A stretch of DNA of 64,000 nucleotides, from contig CAZHCA010000008.1 of assembly GCA_964530825.1 (NCBI GenBank), positions 27,229 to 91,228 on the forward strand. Direction: 5' to 3'. Origin of the DNA: an uncultured Saprospiraceae bacterium. GTDB taxonomy: Bacteria; Bacteroidota; Bacteroidia; Chitinophagales; Saprospiraceae. Below, piece by piece: positions 45,603-56,081 of this stretch. The stretch's first letter is position 1. Every line of letters begins with the position of its first letter. The notes below the pieces were generated by a model that saw only the letters and a program-made list of their open reading frames with translations, did no database searches and was not told the DNA's origin. The translations under genes were made by a program, and so were the position numbers.

Positions 45603-47054
45603 TTATTTGACGCTAAACTCGTAGAAGTATTTGTCATACTCATCCGACTGGTTGTCGTAAATGCCTTCCATGACGACTTTGTCGGGGGCGCTTTGCAAAA
45701 GGTGAATGGCTTCCTCAACGTCTTCCACCGATTGGGCATTGATGTGGGTGATCACAAAGCCCGGCGCCATATTGGTGCGTTCGATACGACTGCCGCGCAG
45801 GATTGATACCACCTTCACGCCCGGTTCGGGGTAGCGGTTGCGCTCCTTCTGGGTAAGGTTGCGCAACTCGAAGCCAAGTTCTACCAACAGGTCATCGTCG
45901 CGTGCATTGTAGAGTTGGGTATTGTTGCTTTTGTTTTTCAGCACGACATTGGCATCGTAGCGCTTGCCCTTTCTGATGTAGGTCACCGTAATGGTATTGC
46001 CGGGGCGGTAGCGCCCTACCAATTCCTGCATTTCCGGCATCGAATAAGTATTGACGCCATTGATGCTTACAATGACATCTCCTTTTTTCAAGCCGGCATC
46101 ATCGGCACCGCTGCCGGGCGTGACCGACTCAATATATACGCCCTGCACTTTTTCGAGGCCAAGGTTTTTGGCACGCCGGTTGTCGATTTCTTTTATGAAG
46201 ACCCCTAAGAGGGCACGTTGCACCATGCCGTAATCGCGCAGATCGCGGATCACTTTGCGCACCAGGTTAGCGGGCACGGCGAAGGAATATCCTTCGTAGC
46301 GGCCGGAGCGGGTAATGATAGCAGTATTGATGCCGACCAGTTCGCCGTTGGTGTTGACCAGCGCACCGCCGCTATTTCCGGGGTTAACGGCAGCATCGGT
46401 CTGAATGAAAGATTCAATGCGGTCCTGCCCTTCGAGGATATCAATGCTGCGACCTTTGGCGCTGACAATACCGGCGGTGACGGTCGATTCTAAGTTGAAG
46501 GGATTGCCTACTGCCAACACCCATTCACCGATACGCAGGGAGTCGGAATCACCGAAGATCAGGTAAGGCAGGTTTTGGGCCTTGATTTTAATGAGCGCTA
46601 AGTCGGTAGAAGGATCCGTGCCGATGATGGAGGCTTTGAATTCGCGTTTGTTGTTGAGCGTTACGTAGATCTCATCGCCTTCAATTACGTGATTGTTGGT
46701 GACGATATAGCCATCGGGCGAAATGACTACCCCAGAACCCGAGTTGGCACCGTAAGAGCTGCCGCCGCCCAGGAAGTCGAAAGCGCCGCCACCTTGTACG
46801 GTTTTGATATTGACCACGGAGGGCGTAACTGCTTCCGCAGCGCTGGTAAATTCGGTGGGAGCAGTAGAAAGGAAGGTTCGTCGCGTCGGAGACAATAGTG
46901 GATCGGGCTCCAGATTAGTGTAACGGGCTGCCGTGGTTTCCCGGATAACTATCTTTTGAGGGGGGACGATCCAGCGGTAGAGGAAAACGGCCAGGACGGC
47001 GCTCAGCAAGGCGCACAGCATCAGGGGACCGAATTGTTTTATGGTGCGTTTCAT
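45603..47054 (-). CDS. HtrA/DegP-family serine protease with PDZ domain
   Basis: Triad context TNNHV, DLALIKI, GNSGGAL. Confidence 0.9.
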   Translation of the reverse strand: MKRTIKQFGPLMLCALLSAVLAVFLYRWIVPPQKIVIRETTAARYTNLEPDPLLSPTRRTFLSTAPTEFTSAAEAVTPSVVNIKTVQGGGAFDFLGGGSSYGANSGSGVVISPDGYIVTNNHVIEGDEIYVTLNNKREFKASIIGTDPSTDLALIKIKAQNLPYLIFGDSDSLRIGEWVLAVGNPFNLESTVTAGIVSAKGRSIDILEGQDRIESFIQTDAAVNPGNSGGALVNTNGELVGINTAIITRSGRYEGYSFAVPANLVRKVIRDLRDYGMVQRALLGVFIKEIDNRRAKNLGLEKVQGVYIESVTPGSGADDAGLKKGDVIVSINGVNTYSMPEMQELVGRYRPGNTITVTYIRKGKRYDANVVLKNKSNNTQLYNARDDDLLVELGFELRNLTQKERNRYPEPGVKVVSILRGSRIERTNMAPGFVITHINAQSVEDVEEAIHLLQSAPDKVVMEGIYDNQSDEYDKYFYEFSVK

Positions 47055-47256
47055 GTGTCTACTAAGTGATGCGGCCGTATCATCTATGCTGTTTGCAACA
47101 ACACAAAGGCGGCCAAGAACAAATCGGGTAACGTTATAACGGGAAAATGCTTTTTTTCACGTTCCCTAATATAACGAAAGCCCCGCAATCAAGCAATCTG
47201 CAGGCCAAGTGCATTGTACGTTAAAAATCCTTACTTTTCCCGGAAAGTTTTTCGAT

Positions 47257-47514
47257 ATGGCTAGAAAAGGGTGGCAAAGGTTGTTTCCCGAACAAGACGA
47301 ATCTTACCCCGGCAATATTTGGGGGTGGAAAGTATCGCTCATCGGCGCTGCGGTCTTGATTTTATTGCTGGGCTTGATGATTTACCGGCATATCACCCTT
47401 GATGTACCATTCGGATCGCCCGATGGGGCCTCAGATGAACCGCGCGATACCACATTAAACCGAACGACAGAGCAAGATGACCATCCCTTTTTTCAAATAC
47501 CAGGGCGCCGGTAA
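47257..47514 (+). CDS. Small single-pass membrane protein (hypothetical)
   Basis: TM LIGAAVLILLLGLMIY. Overlaps the dapF start by 38 nt. Confidence 0.35.
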   Translation: MARKGWQRLFPEQDESYPGNIWGWKVSLIGAAVLILLLGLMIYRHITLDVPFGSPDGASDEPRDTTLNRTTEQDDHPFFQIPGRR

Positions 47515-48322
47515 CGATTTTATTATCGTAGATAACCGGGCGGGGCGTTTCCCGCGGTCCAGCGATGCAAATTTTATAGCCTGGTTGTGCGACCGGCGAT
47601 TTGGTGTCGGGGCCGATGGACTCATGTTGCTGGAGCAGCATGCTGGATACGATTTTTACATGCGTTATTACAATGCCGACGGACGGCCCGGCAGCATGTG
47701 CGGTAATGGCGGGCGGTGTATCGCCGAATTAGCCAAAGATTTGGATATTATCGGTCTGGAGGCTACTTTTCTAGCCGTAGACGGTCCCCATCGGGTGCGG
47801 CTGCCGCGGCGCGGTTGGGTAGAATTGCAAATGCAAGATGTGGAGCAGATCGAAATAGGAGCAGATTACTACTTTCTGGATACCGGATCGCCCCATTATG
47901 TGCGTGTGGTAGACGATCTGTCGACCGTCGATGTCGAAAGGGAAGGGCGAGCTGTTCGCTACAGTCCACGCTTTCGTCAGCTGGGGACTAACGTCAACTT
48001 TATCGAACCATTCGAAAGCGGGTTGCGCATCGCAACCTACGAGCGAGGTGTAGAGGGGGAAACCCTGGCTTGCGGAACCGGTGTCACAGCGGCTGCCCTG
48101 GTAACCCATCTGCGCGAAGGCGGCGGAGCACCGCAGGGCAGGGTTGCCGTAAAGGCGAGAGGCGGAGCGTTAGAAGTTCGGTTTACCTACCGCGACGGCC
48201 GCTTTGAAAATATTTGGCTATGCGGCCCCGCCCGGGCAGTTTACCAAGGAACGGTCAAGGAGGATGCCTACCCGGGGCTGGAAGCCACTGCATTTTTCCA
48301 ACAGCAAGAAAAGACAACCTGA
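47477..48322 (+). CDS. dapF: Diaminopimelate epimerase
   Basis: FKYQGAGNDFIIVD, MCGNGGRC, ACGTG. Confidence 0.9.
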   Translation: MTIPFFKYQGAGNDFIIVDNRAGRFPRSSDANFIAWLCDRRFGVGADGLMLLEQHAGYDFYMRYYNADGRPGSMCGNGGRCIAELAKDLDIIGLEATFLAVDGPHRVRLPRRGWVELQMQDVEQIEIGADYYFLDTGSPHYVRVVDDLSTVDVEREGRAVRYSPRFRQLGTNVNFIEPFESGLRIATYERGVEGETLACGTGVTAAALVTHLREGGGAPQGRVAVKARGGALEVRFTYRDGRFENIWLCGPARAVYQGTVKEDAYPGLEATAFFQQQEKTT

Positions 48323-49380
48323 TGCAAGTAAATCTAATCAGCGATACCGTTACCCGGCCCACACCGGGCATGCTGCAGGCGATGATGGCTGCCGAGGTAG
48401 GCGATGATGTTTTCGGGCAAGATCCAACGGTCAACCGCCTGGAAGCACGTGTGGCAGAAATGTTTGGCAAACCCGCCGCCGTTTTTTGTCCGTCCGGCAC
48501 CATGACCAACCAAATTGCGCTTAAAGTACATACCCAACCGCTCGACGAGGTAATATGTGAGGAAAAATCGCACATTTATCAGTACGAGGCAGCAGGCTAC
48601 GCTTTTAATTCCGGTATCGGGATCAATCTCGTTCGGGGAGAAAACGGCAAGATGCGTGCAGAGCAAGTTGCAGCGGCCATCAAACCGCGATTTGATTGGT
48701 TGCCGCGCACGGCCGTGGTCGTTTTGGAAAACACTTGTAATAAAGGGGGCGGCAGTTATTATACGCTCGACGAGGTACGCCCGATCGCCCGATTGTGCCG
48801 GGAAAATGATTTGAAATTGCACCTCGACGGGGCGCGGTTATTCAATGCCTTAGTGGAGACGGAAGAAAAGACAGCAGAAGTAGGCGAGCTTTTCGATAGC
48901 CTATCTATCTGCTTGTCAAAGGGTTTGGGGGCACCGGTCGGGTCGGTTCTCATTGGGGAGAAGGATTTTATTGCTGAGGCCCGGCGGTTTCGAAAGGTTA
49001 TGGGCGGCGGCATGCGGCAAGCCGGTTACCTGGCAGCTGCTTGTCTGTACGCGCTCGGTAACCACATCGACCGGCTGAAGGAGGACAATGACCGGGCTTT
49101 TCAATTGGGGGATAAGCTTCGGCAGTTGGATTGGATAGAGGCGGTTCGACCGGTGCAGACCAATATCGTGATTTTTGATTTGATGCCTCCGCTCACCGCC
49201 GACGACGTGCTGCATAAGTTGGAAGAGAAAGGGATCAAGGCTGCATCCTTCGGGCCCCGTACTATTCGCTTCGTCACCCACCTTGATGTGGATGACCGGA
49301 TGATCGCGCATTGTTTATCTACCTTGGAGGCCCTTTCGGATCAGCTGTCGCCCATACCGAGTGCTTCGAAAGAAGGATAA
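48322..49380 (+). CDS. ltaE: Low-specificity L-threonine aldolase
   Basis: LISDTVTRPTPGMLQAM...GDDVFGQDPT...PSGTMTNQ. Its ATG shares one base (48322) with the dapF TGA stop (TGATG). Confidence 0.85.
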   Translation: MQVNLISDTVTRPTPGMLQAMMAAEVGDDVFGQDPTVNRLEARVAEMFGKPAAVFCPSGTMTNQIALKVHTQPLDEVICEEKSHIYQYEAAGYAFNSGIGINLVRGENGKMRAEQVAAAIKPRFDWLPRTAVVVLENTCNKGGGSYYTLDEVRPIARLCRENDLKLHLDGARLFNALVETEEKTAEVGELFDSLSICLSKGLGAPVGSVLIGEKDFIAEARRFRKVMGGGMRQAGYLAAACLYALGNHIDRLKEDNDRAFQLGDKLRQLDWIEAVRPVQTNIVIFDLMPPLTADDVLHKLEEKGIKAASFGPRTIRFVTHLDVDDRMIAHCLSTLEALSDQLSPIPSASKEG

Positions 49381-49385
49381 AAAAG

Positions 49386-49976
49386 CTAGGTTTCTCCTTT
49401 GCGTCGGTTGATCTCGTCCCGGATTTCAGCTGCCCGCTCGTAATCCTCTTCGGCCAAGACCTCCTCCAACATACGGTTCAGGTCTTCGACAGAGTAGGTA
49501 GACAGGCTGTTGCCCGATTTTGCCTTGCTCGTTCGGGTAGCCGTAGAAGTGGCTTTTTCTTCGGTTTCCTCCAAAACTACGCCGGCAGCATCGAGGATGA
49601 ATTCGTAGGTGTAAATCGGGCAGTTAAAGCGTACGGCCATGGCCAGCGCATCGGACGTGCGGGAGTCGATCTCAACAATTTCATTGTCTTTGACGCAGAT
49701 CAGTCGAGCGTAGAAAATGCCGTCCAGTAGGTTGTTGATAACGACTTCCTTGAGCTGTACCGTGAAAGTTTCCAGCGTATTTTTGAAGAGATCGTGGGTT
49801 AAAGGGCGGTTGGGCGTCATTTTTTCCATAGCTACAGCAATGGCCTGGGCTTCAAAGCTGCCGATGACAATGGGGAGTCGCCGGGAGCCTTCGGTTTCGC
49901 CTAAAACCACTGCATAATTATGGGATTGGGTGACGCTATGGGAGAGGGCAACTATTTCCAATTCAATCTTTCTCAT
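49386..49976 (-). CDS. Bifunctional nuclease (DUF151/BFN) with C-terminal UVR motif
   Basis: RRLPIVIGSFEAQAIA...RPLTHDL. C-terminus EDYERAAEIRDEI. Confidence 0.8.
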   Translation of the reverse strand: MRKIELEIVALSHSVTQSHNYAVVLGETEGSRRLPIVIGSFEAQAIAVAMEKMTPNRPLTHDLFKNTLETFTVQLKEVVINNLLDGIFYARLICVKDNEIVEIDSRTSDALAMAVRFNCPIYTYEFILDAAGVVLEETEEKATSTATRTSKAKSGNSLSTYSVEDLNRMLEEVLAEEDYERAAEIRDEINRRKGET

Positions 49977-50119
49977 AATCCGTTCAGTAGTGATCCGCAA
50001 ATTTTCAAAAATTCGGCGTCAATCGCCTCTTTTTGCGGAAATTTATAGGAAGATCTTCCTCTGCCGGAGAGAGGAAGTTACGATGAAAAAGCAAAATTCT
50101 CAAACTTGCTCATGGATCC

Positions 50120-50890
50120 TTATTCTGCTTTGGTCAGGGACTTTGCTTCGTTCCAGAGGGCGTCCATTTCTTCCAGGGACATATCCGTCAGGGATCGCGG
50201 GGCGTGCGTTTCGATGTACTCAAACCGCTGCTTAAATTTTTGGTTTACCCGTTCGAGCGCTGTTTCGGGATCGATGCCTTGAAAACGGGCGTAATTTATT
50301 AAAGAAAACAGTACGTCACCAAATTCTTCCTCTTTTTCCACTTGTGCATTCTCCTTTTGCATGGCGCTATGGAGTTCTTCCATTTCTTCTCGTACTTTCT
50401 CCCAGACTTGTTCGGTGTTTTCCCATTCAAAACCCACCTGTTTGGTTTTTTCCTGCATACGGAAAGCCTTAACCATAGCCGGTAGCGAACGGGGTACGCC
50501 GCCCAAGACCGACTTCTTGCCTTCTTTTAACTTAAGCTGCTCCCAGTTGCGCTTTACTTCGTCTTCGTTGGCTACATGCAAGTCGCCGTAGATGTGCGGG
50601 TGCCTCTTAATCAGTTTATCGCAGACCGAATGGAGTGCATCGGCTATGTCGAAGGCGCCCTTTTCGGAGGCGATTTTCGCGTAGAAGACCATGTGCAGCA
50701 TGAGGTCGCCGATTTCTTCCCGGATACCGTCCAGGTCTTCCTGCAGGATAGCGTCGGCCAATTCGTAGGTTTCTTCAATAGTCAGGTTGCGCAGGCTTTG
50801 GAAGGTTTGCTTACGGTCCCAGGGGCATTGTTCGCGGAGTTCATCCATGATGGTGAGCAAGCGTTCAAAAGCAGCTAGTTTTTTCTGCAT
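50120..50890 (-). CDS. mazG: Nucleoside triphosphate pyrophosphohydrolase MazG
   Basis: CPWDRKQTFQSL...EETYEL...EEIGDL, with a duplicated MazG domain. Confidence 0.9.
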   Translation of the reverse strand: MQKKLAAFERLLTIMDELREQCPWDRKQTFQSLRNLTIEETYELADAILQEDLDGIREEIGDLMLHMVFYAKIASEKGAFDIADALHSVCDKLIKRHPHIYGDLHVANEDEVKRNWEQLKLKEGKKSVLGGVPRSLPAMVKAFRMQEKTKQVGFEWENTEQVWEKVREEMEELHSAMQKENAQVEKEEEFGDVLFSLINYARFQGIDPETALERVNQKFKQRFEYIETHAPRSLTDMSLEEMDALWNEAKSLTKAE

Positions 50891-51001
50891 GGGTGGCGGT
50901 TTTTCCTTTACTTTGCCGTTGCGGCTGTAAGGAAGTTAATAACAGGTGTAAACCTCGTTCGATCGGGTATTGTTTGAAAGTAAAGATAGATAAAACGACT
51001 T

Positions 51002-51238
51002 ATGGAGTTCTTATATGTGCTTGCGATTATCTTTGGCGTTTTCGGCGTTTCTTTTGCGTTGATCAATCTGCGCCATATTGTTACCGGCAAGGAGTTTCGC
51101 GGGACTTGCGCTACCAATAATCCCATGCTGAAAAATCAGGTTGGGGAGTGCGGGGTGTGCGGAAAGTCTGCCGACGAAGCCTGCAAAATGCCCGAGCAGG
51201 ACCGCGGTAGTCAGCAGGTTAAGCCTTCTACTGTCTAG
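51002..51238 (+). CDS. Small membrane protein, NqrM-like (Cys-rich tail)
   Basis: An N-terminal TM, then ...GTCATNNP...GECGVCGK...C, which resembles (Na+)-NQR maturation factor NqrM. Confidence 0.45.
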   Translation: MEFLYVLAIIFGVFGVSFALINLRHIVTGKEFRGTCATNNPMLKNQVGECGVCGKSADEACKMPEQDRGSQQVKPSTV

Positions 51239-51601
51239 TCAGTACGATTGCATCGCCAGTCTTACCAAGGTACACGTATTTTCCACCTTAATACCGGCAT
51301 TGCGCAGCGATTCGGCCAGTGCTGGGTTTTCAGTGCCGGGATTGAAAATCACCCTTCGGAGCCCTAAGGTCAGCAAGTAATCCAGATATTCGGCCTGTAA
51401 TTTGGGGTTAATGTAAAGCGTTGCCGTGTCTACCTGGTCAATTTGTGGTTGGCCGGTGCGTATCGGTTGGCCATGGACGGTTCCTTCCCTAGCGCCAATA
51501 AGTACTACTTCGTGTCCGGCCCTGAGTAAGCGATCGACTGCATCGTAGGCGGTGCGGCGTGGATTTGTACTAGCGCCGATGACTACTGTTTTTTTCGACA
51601 T
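51239..51601 (-). CDS. CoA-binding domain protein (YccU-like)
   Basis: VVIGASTNPRRTAY... Confidence 0.8.
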   Translation of the reverse strand: MSKKTVVIGASTNPRRTAYDAVDRLLRAGHEVVLIGAREGTVHGQPIRTGQPQIDQVDTATLYINPKLQAEYLDYLLTLGLRRVIFNPGTENPALAESLRNAGIKVENTCTLVRLAMQSY

Positions 51602-51702
51602 GCTGCTGTTTAAATCATTCCTTTTTCTACCCCGGAAACACTATGAGGCACCAGCAGTTGACCTGTCGAGCACTTCATTAGTTTTCTCATTGCTTCCGTG
51701 TA

Positions 51703-53052
51703 TCAGATCATCAGCCGCACCGGATCTTCCAAAATTTCTTTAAATGTAGCTAGGAACTTAGCACCGGTGGCACCGTCGACGACGCGGTGGTCGCAAGACA
51801 TGGTCACCTTCATGATATTGCCCACGGTCAGTTCACCATTGCGCACTACGGCCTTTTCCATAATACCTCCGACGGCCATGATACAGCTATCCGGTGGGTT
51901 GATGATGGCGGTAAACTCCTCGATACCGAACATTCCCAGGTTGGAAATGGTGAACGTATTGCCCTGCATTTGTTCCGGCTTGAGTTTGCGGTTGCGCGCC
52001 AATCCAGCCAGTTCCTTCACCTCTACATTGATCTGGGAGAGGGTTTTAATGTCGGCATAGCGCACTACAGGAACCATCAGACCTTCGTCGATGGCTACTG
52101 CTACCCCAACGTTGACGTCCTTATTCTCGCGGATGACCTCGCCGGTCCAGGTGGAGTTGACCATCGGATGCTGTCGCAATGCAATTGCAGCTGCTTTGAT
52201 GATGAAATCATTAAATGAGATTTTGGTAGGAGCAACCTCATTGACGCGTTTGCGCGTTTGAATTGCCTTCGCCATATCGATCTCCAGGGTCAGGTAGAAG
52301 TGCGGAGCGGTAAACTTACTCTCACTGAGCCGGCGCGCGATGGTTTTGCGCATTTGAGAGATGGGTTTATCCTCGTACTGGTTTTCGCCCCCGGAAAACA
52401 TAAAAGGGGTCATCGGTGCGGCAGGAGCCTTTTGCTCGGCGGGTAGCTGCTGTGGCTGAGGCTGCTGCGGTTGGGGTGCCGGTTGGGCTTCCGGAGCTGC
52501 TGGCTGGGCCGGTTGGCTGGCCAGGAAGGCTTCGATGTCACGTTTAATGATCCGGCCGTTATCGCCGGTGCCGGTTACTTCGGCTAGGTTAATGCCCGAC
52601 TGCTCGGCCATACTTTTGGCTAAAGGTGATGCTTTGATGCGCTGACTATCTCCGGTCTCGTTGGCAGCCGTTGCGCCCGCTTGCTGCGGAGCAGGACTGG
52701 GGGCCGGTGCTGTTGACTCGGTAGACTCTTCAGAAGGTGGGTTTTCCTTTTCTTGCTCTTCCGCTCCATTGTTCGAGCCGTTATCGGCAGATTCAATAGC
52801 GGCTTTCCAATCTTCACCTTCCTCACCAATGACTGCAATGACACCGTCGATAGGAACGGGCCCTTCTTTGATGGCAATATGCAAGAGCACGCCATCAACG
52901 AAACTATCGAGTTCCATCGTGGCTTTATCGGTTTCTACTTCTGCTAAGGTTTCTCCCGCTTCTACGGTGTCGCCCTCTGACTTCAACCATTCGATAATAT
53001 TTCCTTCTTCCATGGTATCGCTCATGCGGGGCATGCGGATAACTTCAGCCAT
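51703..53052 (-). CDS. Dihydrolipoamide acetyltransferase (2-oxoacid/pyruvate dehydrogenase E2)
   Basis: Lipoyl motif EVETDKATME, PSBD ASPLAKSMA, catalytic DHRVVDG. Confidence 0.9.
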   Translation of the reverse strand: MAEVIRMPRMSDTMEEGNIIEWLKSEGDTVEAGETLAEVETDKATMELDSFVDGVLLHIAIKEGPVPIDGVIAVIGEEGEDWKAAIESADNGSNNGAEEQEKENPPSEESTESTAPAPSPAPQQAGATAANETGDSQRIKASPLAKSMAEQSGINLAEVTGTGDNGRIIKRDIEAFLASQPAQPAAPEAQPAPQPQQPQPQQLPAEQKAPAAPMTPFMFSGGENQYEDKPISQMRKTIARRLSESKFTAPHFYLTLEIDMAKAIQTRKRVNEVAPTKISFNDFIIKAAAIALRQHPMVNSTWTGEVIRENKDVNVGVAVAIDEGLMVPVVRYADIKTLSQINVEVKELAGLARNRKLKPEQMQGNTFTISNLGMFGIEEFTAIINPPDSCIMAVGGIMEKAVVRNGELTVGNIMKVTMSCDHRVVDGATGAKFLATFKEILEDPVRLMI

Positions 53053-53286
53053 AATTATGGTTTTCTTAGGTTTTTAATACCGGCGGGCCGTGCTGCCCTT
53101 CCAGCGACTAATTTGAGGATTTTCGGATTATTTTCCGGGTTATCCATCGAATTTTTTGGATAGCTGCCGGAAGATCCAGAGCGTTTAGCCATCCCAGTGC
53201 GGCGCTTTTCCTTGGGTTTAGTTAGCTGGGTTGGTAGGCGGCAAGCAAAAATTTGAATTTAAGTTTTTTGGAGGAAAGATGCTACA

Positions 53287-53353
53287 GCTGTTAGCGCTTA
53301 AGCGCTAACAGCCCTATAGCGCTAACAGCGCTTAAGCGCTAACAGCTTTTTTT
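53287..53353 (+). promoter_or_regulatory. Cluster of AGCGCT-containing palindromes with 17-bp periodicity, ending in T7 (terminator/attenuator-like)
   Basis: One GCTGTTAGCGCT arm (53287-53298). Three AGCGCTAACAGC arms at 53301, 53318 and 53335. Then TTTTTTT (53347-53353). Confidence 0.5.
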
Positions 53354-53409
53354 ACCAGTTGAGGCATTAAACTTCCCCCACCCTCGCTCCGCATAGAATT
53401 CTTACCTTT

Positions 53410-54030
53410 ATGGGTATGAATTTTTCTTCCAAACTGATCGAAGAGGCCGTAGATGCTTTTACTACCCTGCCGGGTATCGGAAAGAAAACCGCCCTGCGTT
53501 TGGTGTTGCACTTGCTCAAGCAGGAGCCGGAAGTATCGGAAGATTTTGCCTCGGCTATCGTGCGTATGCGTCGCCAGATTAAACATTGTAAGCAATGTCA
53601 TCATCTGGCCGACGACGAATTGTGTGCCATTTGTAAGGACCCACGCCGGGAAAGCGGTCTGGTTTGCGTGGTAGAAAGTATCCGGGATGTGATGGCCATC
53701 GAAGATACCGGCCAGTATCGGGGGCAGTACCACGTGCTGGGCGGGGTCATTGCACCGTTAGAAGACGTCGGTCCCCAGGACTTAAATATCGATACCCTCA
53801 TCGACCGGGTTAAATCGGGCCAGGTCCAGGAGATCATTATGGCTGTGAGCCCCACGATCGAAGGAGAAACAACCATATACTACCTATCCAGGCAGTTGGA
53901 ATCTTATGAAGTAAAAGTAAGTACCATTGCGCGAGGGGTTTCGTTCGGCGGAGAGTTGGAATACGCTGATGAAATCACTTTAGGGCGTAGTATCCTGGCG
54001 CGTACGCCTTACAAAAGCCAAGGGGAATAA
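53410..54030 (+). CDS. recR: Recombination protein RecR
   Basis: LPGIGKKTALRL (HhH), Zn finger CKQCHHLADDELCAIC, Toprim region. Confidence 0.9.
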   Translation: MGMNFSSKLIEEAVDAFTTLPGIGKKTALRLVLHLLKQEPEVSEDFASAIVRMRRQIKHCKQCHHLADDELCAICKDPRRESGLVCVVESIRDVMAIEDTGQYRGQYHVLGGVIAPLEDVGPQDLNIDTLIDRVKSGQVQEIIMAVSPTIEGETTIYYLSRQLESYEVKVSTIARGVSFGGELEYADEITLGRSILARTPYKSQGE

Positions 54031-56081
54031 TGGAGCACCCTGCTAAGACCGTTCAGTTGTCGGTCATTATTGTCAATTACAATGTCCAGTACTTTCTGGA
54101 ACAACTGCTGTTGTCAGTGCGACGTGCGGTCCAGGGCATGGAGGTCGAAATCTTCGTGGTAGACAATAACTCGGTCGATGATTCGGTGGCATTGGTGCAG
54201 CAGAAATTCCCGGAGGTGCGGCTAATTACCAATCACCACAATCCGGGATTTGCCATTGCCAATAACCAGGCCTTGTGCGAGTCGACCGGAAAATACGTGC
54301 TCCTGCTCAATCCCGATACGGTAGTACAGGAGGATACCTTTCGTAAATGCTACGCCTTCATGGAAGCTCACCCCAAAGCTGGCGGCCTGGGGGTGCGGAT
54401 GATCGACGGCTCGGGGAAGTTTCTTCCGGAGTCGAAGCGCGGCTTTCCCACCCCTTGGGTGGCGTTTTGCAAAACCTTCGGTCTGTCGCGTTTATTTCCG
54501 CGATCTCCGCTCTTCAATCGCTACCACCTGGGCTACCTCGACGAATACGAGACCAATCCGGTCGATGTCTTATCGGGCGCTTTCATGTGGATGCGCCGCT
54601 CGGTACTCGATCGGGTTGGGGTGCTTGACGAGGCCTTTTTTATGTACGGCGAAGATATCGACCTATCCTATCGCATCACCCAGGCCGGATACGAGAATTA
54701 CTACTTTCCCGAAACGACAATCATCCATTACAAGGGGGAATCGACTAAAAAGGGCAGCCTCAATTATGTCCGGGTTTTTTATCAGGCCATGCTCATCTTC
54801 GCCCGCAAGCATTTTGAGGGGCGGCAAGGGCGGCTGTTCGTCTCGATGCTGAAGGTGGCGATTTACTTGCGTGCCCTGGTGACTCTGCTGGCGAACGGTT
54901 TGCGAAGGGCTGTTCTACCCGCCATCGATGCACTGCTAATGTTTGCAGGACTGGTGGTCATGAAAAATTTCTGGGCCATTTACCACTTCGGCGACCCGGC
55001 CTACTACCGCCCGGATTTTCTCTACGTGAATGCACCGCTCTATATCGGGATCTGGGTGTTGTCCATCTACCTAAGTGGAGGTTACGATCGCACCATGACG
55101 GGCTGGCGCATCGTGCGCGGCGTCCTTGCCGGCAGTTTACTCATTGCCGCCGTATATGGGTTTTTGGATATGAACTACCGAAGCTCGCGAGCCTTGATCG
55201 TTTTGGGTACGATCTGGACGTTGATCAGCACGCTCTTGGTGCGGATGCTTTTGCACTACCGCCGGTACGGGGAATTGACCGTAGGGGTCGCCCGGCCCAG
55301 AAACCTGGTCATCGCCGGTGAGCGCTCTGAGGCGGAACGCGCCCTGCAACTGCTGCACCAGGCCGGCGTACAACCTAACTACATCGGCACGGTGGCTCCT
55401 CCGGCGTTCCATTCCGAGCCGGAGTATTACTTAAGTCACCTGGACCAACTCGACGAAGTGGTGGCGATTTACCGGGTAGACGAGCTAATTTTTTGTTCGA
55501 AAAACATTCCGGCCCACCAGATTATGCGCTGGATGTCTCGTCTGGGGCCGGGCGTGGATTACAAAATTATTCCTGAGGAGAGCCTGAGCATTATTGGGAG
55601 CAGTTCCAAAAACGCTGCTGGTGAATTGTATACCATCGACATCCGGTTTCGGATTGTCCAACCAGAGCAGCGACGCTTCAAATGGCTGTTGGACAGGTCG
55701 CTGGCCTTGTTTTTGGTAATGACGCTGCCGGTTCAGATGCTGATCGTACGGCAACCCTGGGGGCTGGTGCAAAATCTCTGGGCGGTTTTGCTTGGTCGTA
55801 AATCCTGGGTGGGCTACGCGCCGGTCGACCCCTCCTCCCGGCAGGAGTTGCCCTCAATTCTTCCCGGAGTGCTTTCCCCGGTAGATGCCTTGTCCAGTCG
55901 TTCGCTTCGAAGTGCAACCATTCGAAGGCTGAATTTTCTCTACGCCAAGGATTACTTGCTATCCAGGGATTGGGAAGTCATTTGGCGGGGCTACCGGGAA
56001 TTAGGGCGGAAGCCGCAGCATCCGGATAATGCGATCCCGGCTTCCGCATTGCATAAATCAACACACTACCAGTCCAAATAA
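54030..56081 (+). CDS. Family-2 glycosyltransferase fused to a multi-TM / sugar-transferase-like C-terminal region
   Basis: LSVIIVNYNV...VVDNNSVDDS, GAFMWMRR, YGEDIDL. Hydrophobic segments follow, ending ...LGRKSWVGYAP. Confidence 0.8.
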   Translation: MEHPAKTVQLSVIIVNYNVQYFLEQLLLSVRRAVQGMEVEIFVVDNNSVDDSVALVQQKFPEVRLITNHHNPGFAIANNQALCESTGKYVLLLNPDTVVQEDTFRKCYAFMEAHPKAGGLGVRMIDGSGKFLPESKRGFPTPWVAFCKTFGLSRLFPRSPLFNRYHLGYLDEYETNPVDVLSGAFMWMRRSVLDRVGVLDEAFFMYGEDIDLSYRITQAGYENYYFPETTIIHYKGESTKKGSLNYVRVFYQAMLIFARKHFEGRQGRLFVSMLKVAIYLRALVTLLANGLRRAVLPAIDALLMFAGLVVMKNFWAIYHFGDPAYYRPDFLYVNAPLYIGIWVLSIYLSGGYDRTMTGWRIVRGVLAGSLLIAAVYGFLDMNYRSSRALIVLGTIWTLISTLLVRMLLHYRRYGELTVGVARPRNLVIAGERSEAERALQLLHQAGVQPNYIGTVAPPAFHSEPEYYLSHLDQLDEVVAIYRVDELIFCSKNIPAHQIMRWMSRLGPGVDYKIIPEESLSIIGSSSKNAAGELYTIDIRFRIVQPEQRRFKWLLDRSLALFLVMTLPVQMLIVRQPWGLVQNLWAVLLGRKSWVGYAPVDPSSRQELPSILPGVLSPVDALSSRSLRSATIRRLNFLYAKDYLLSRDWEVIWRGYRELGRKPQHPDNAIPASALHKSTHYQSK

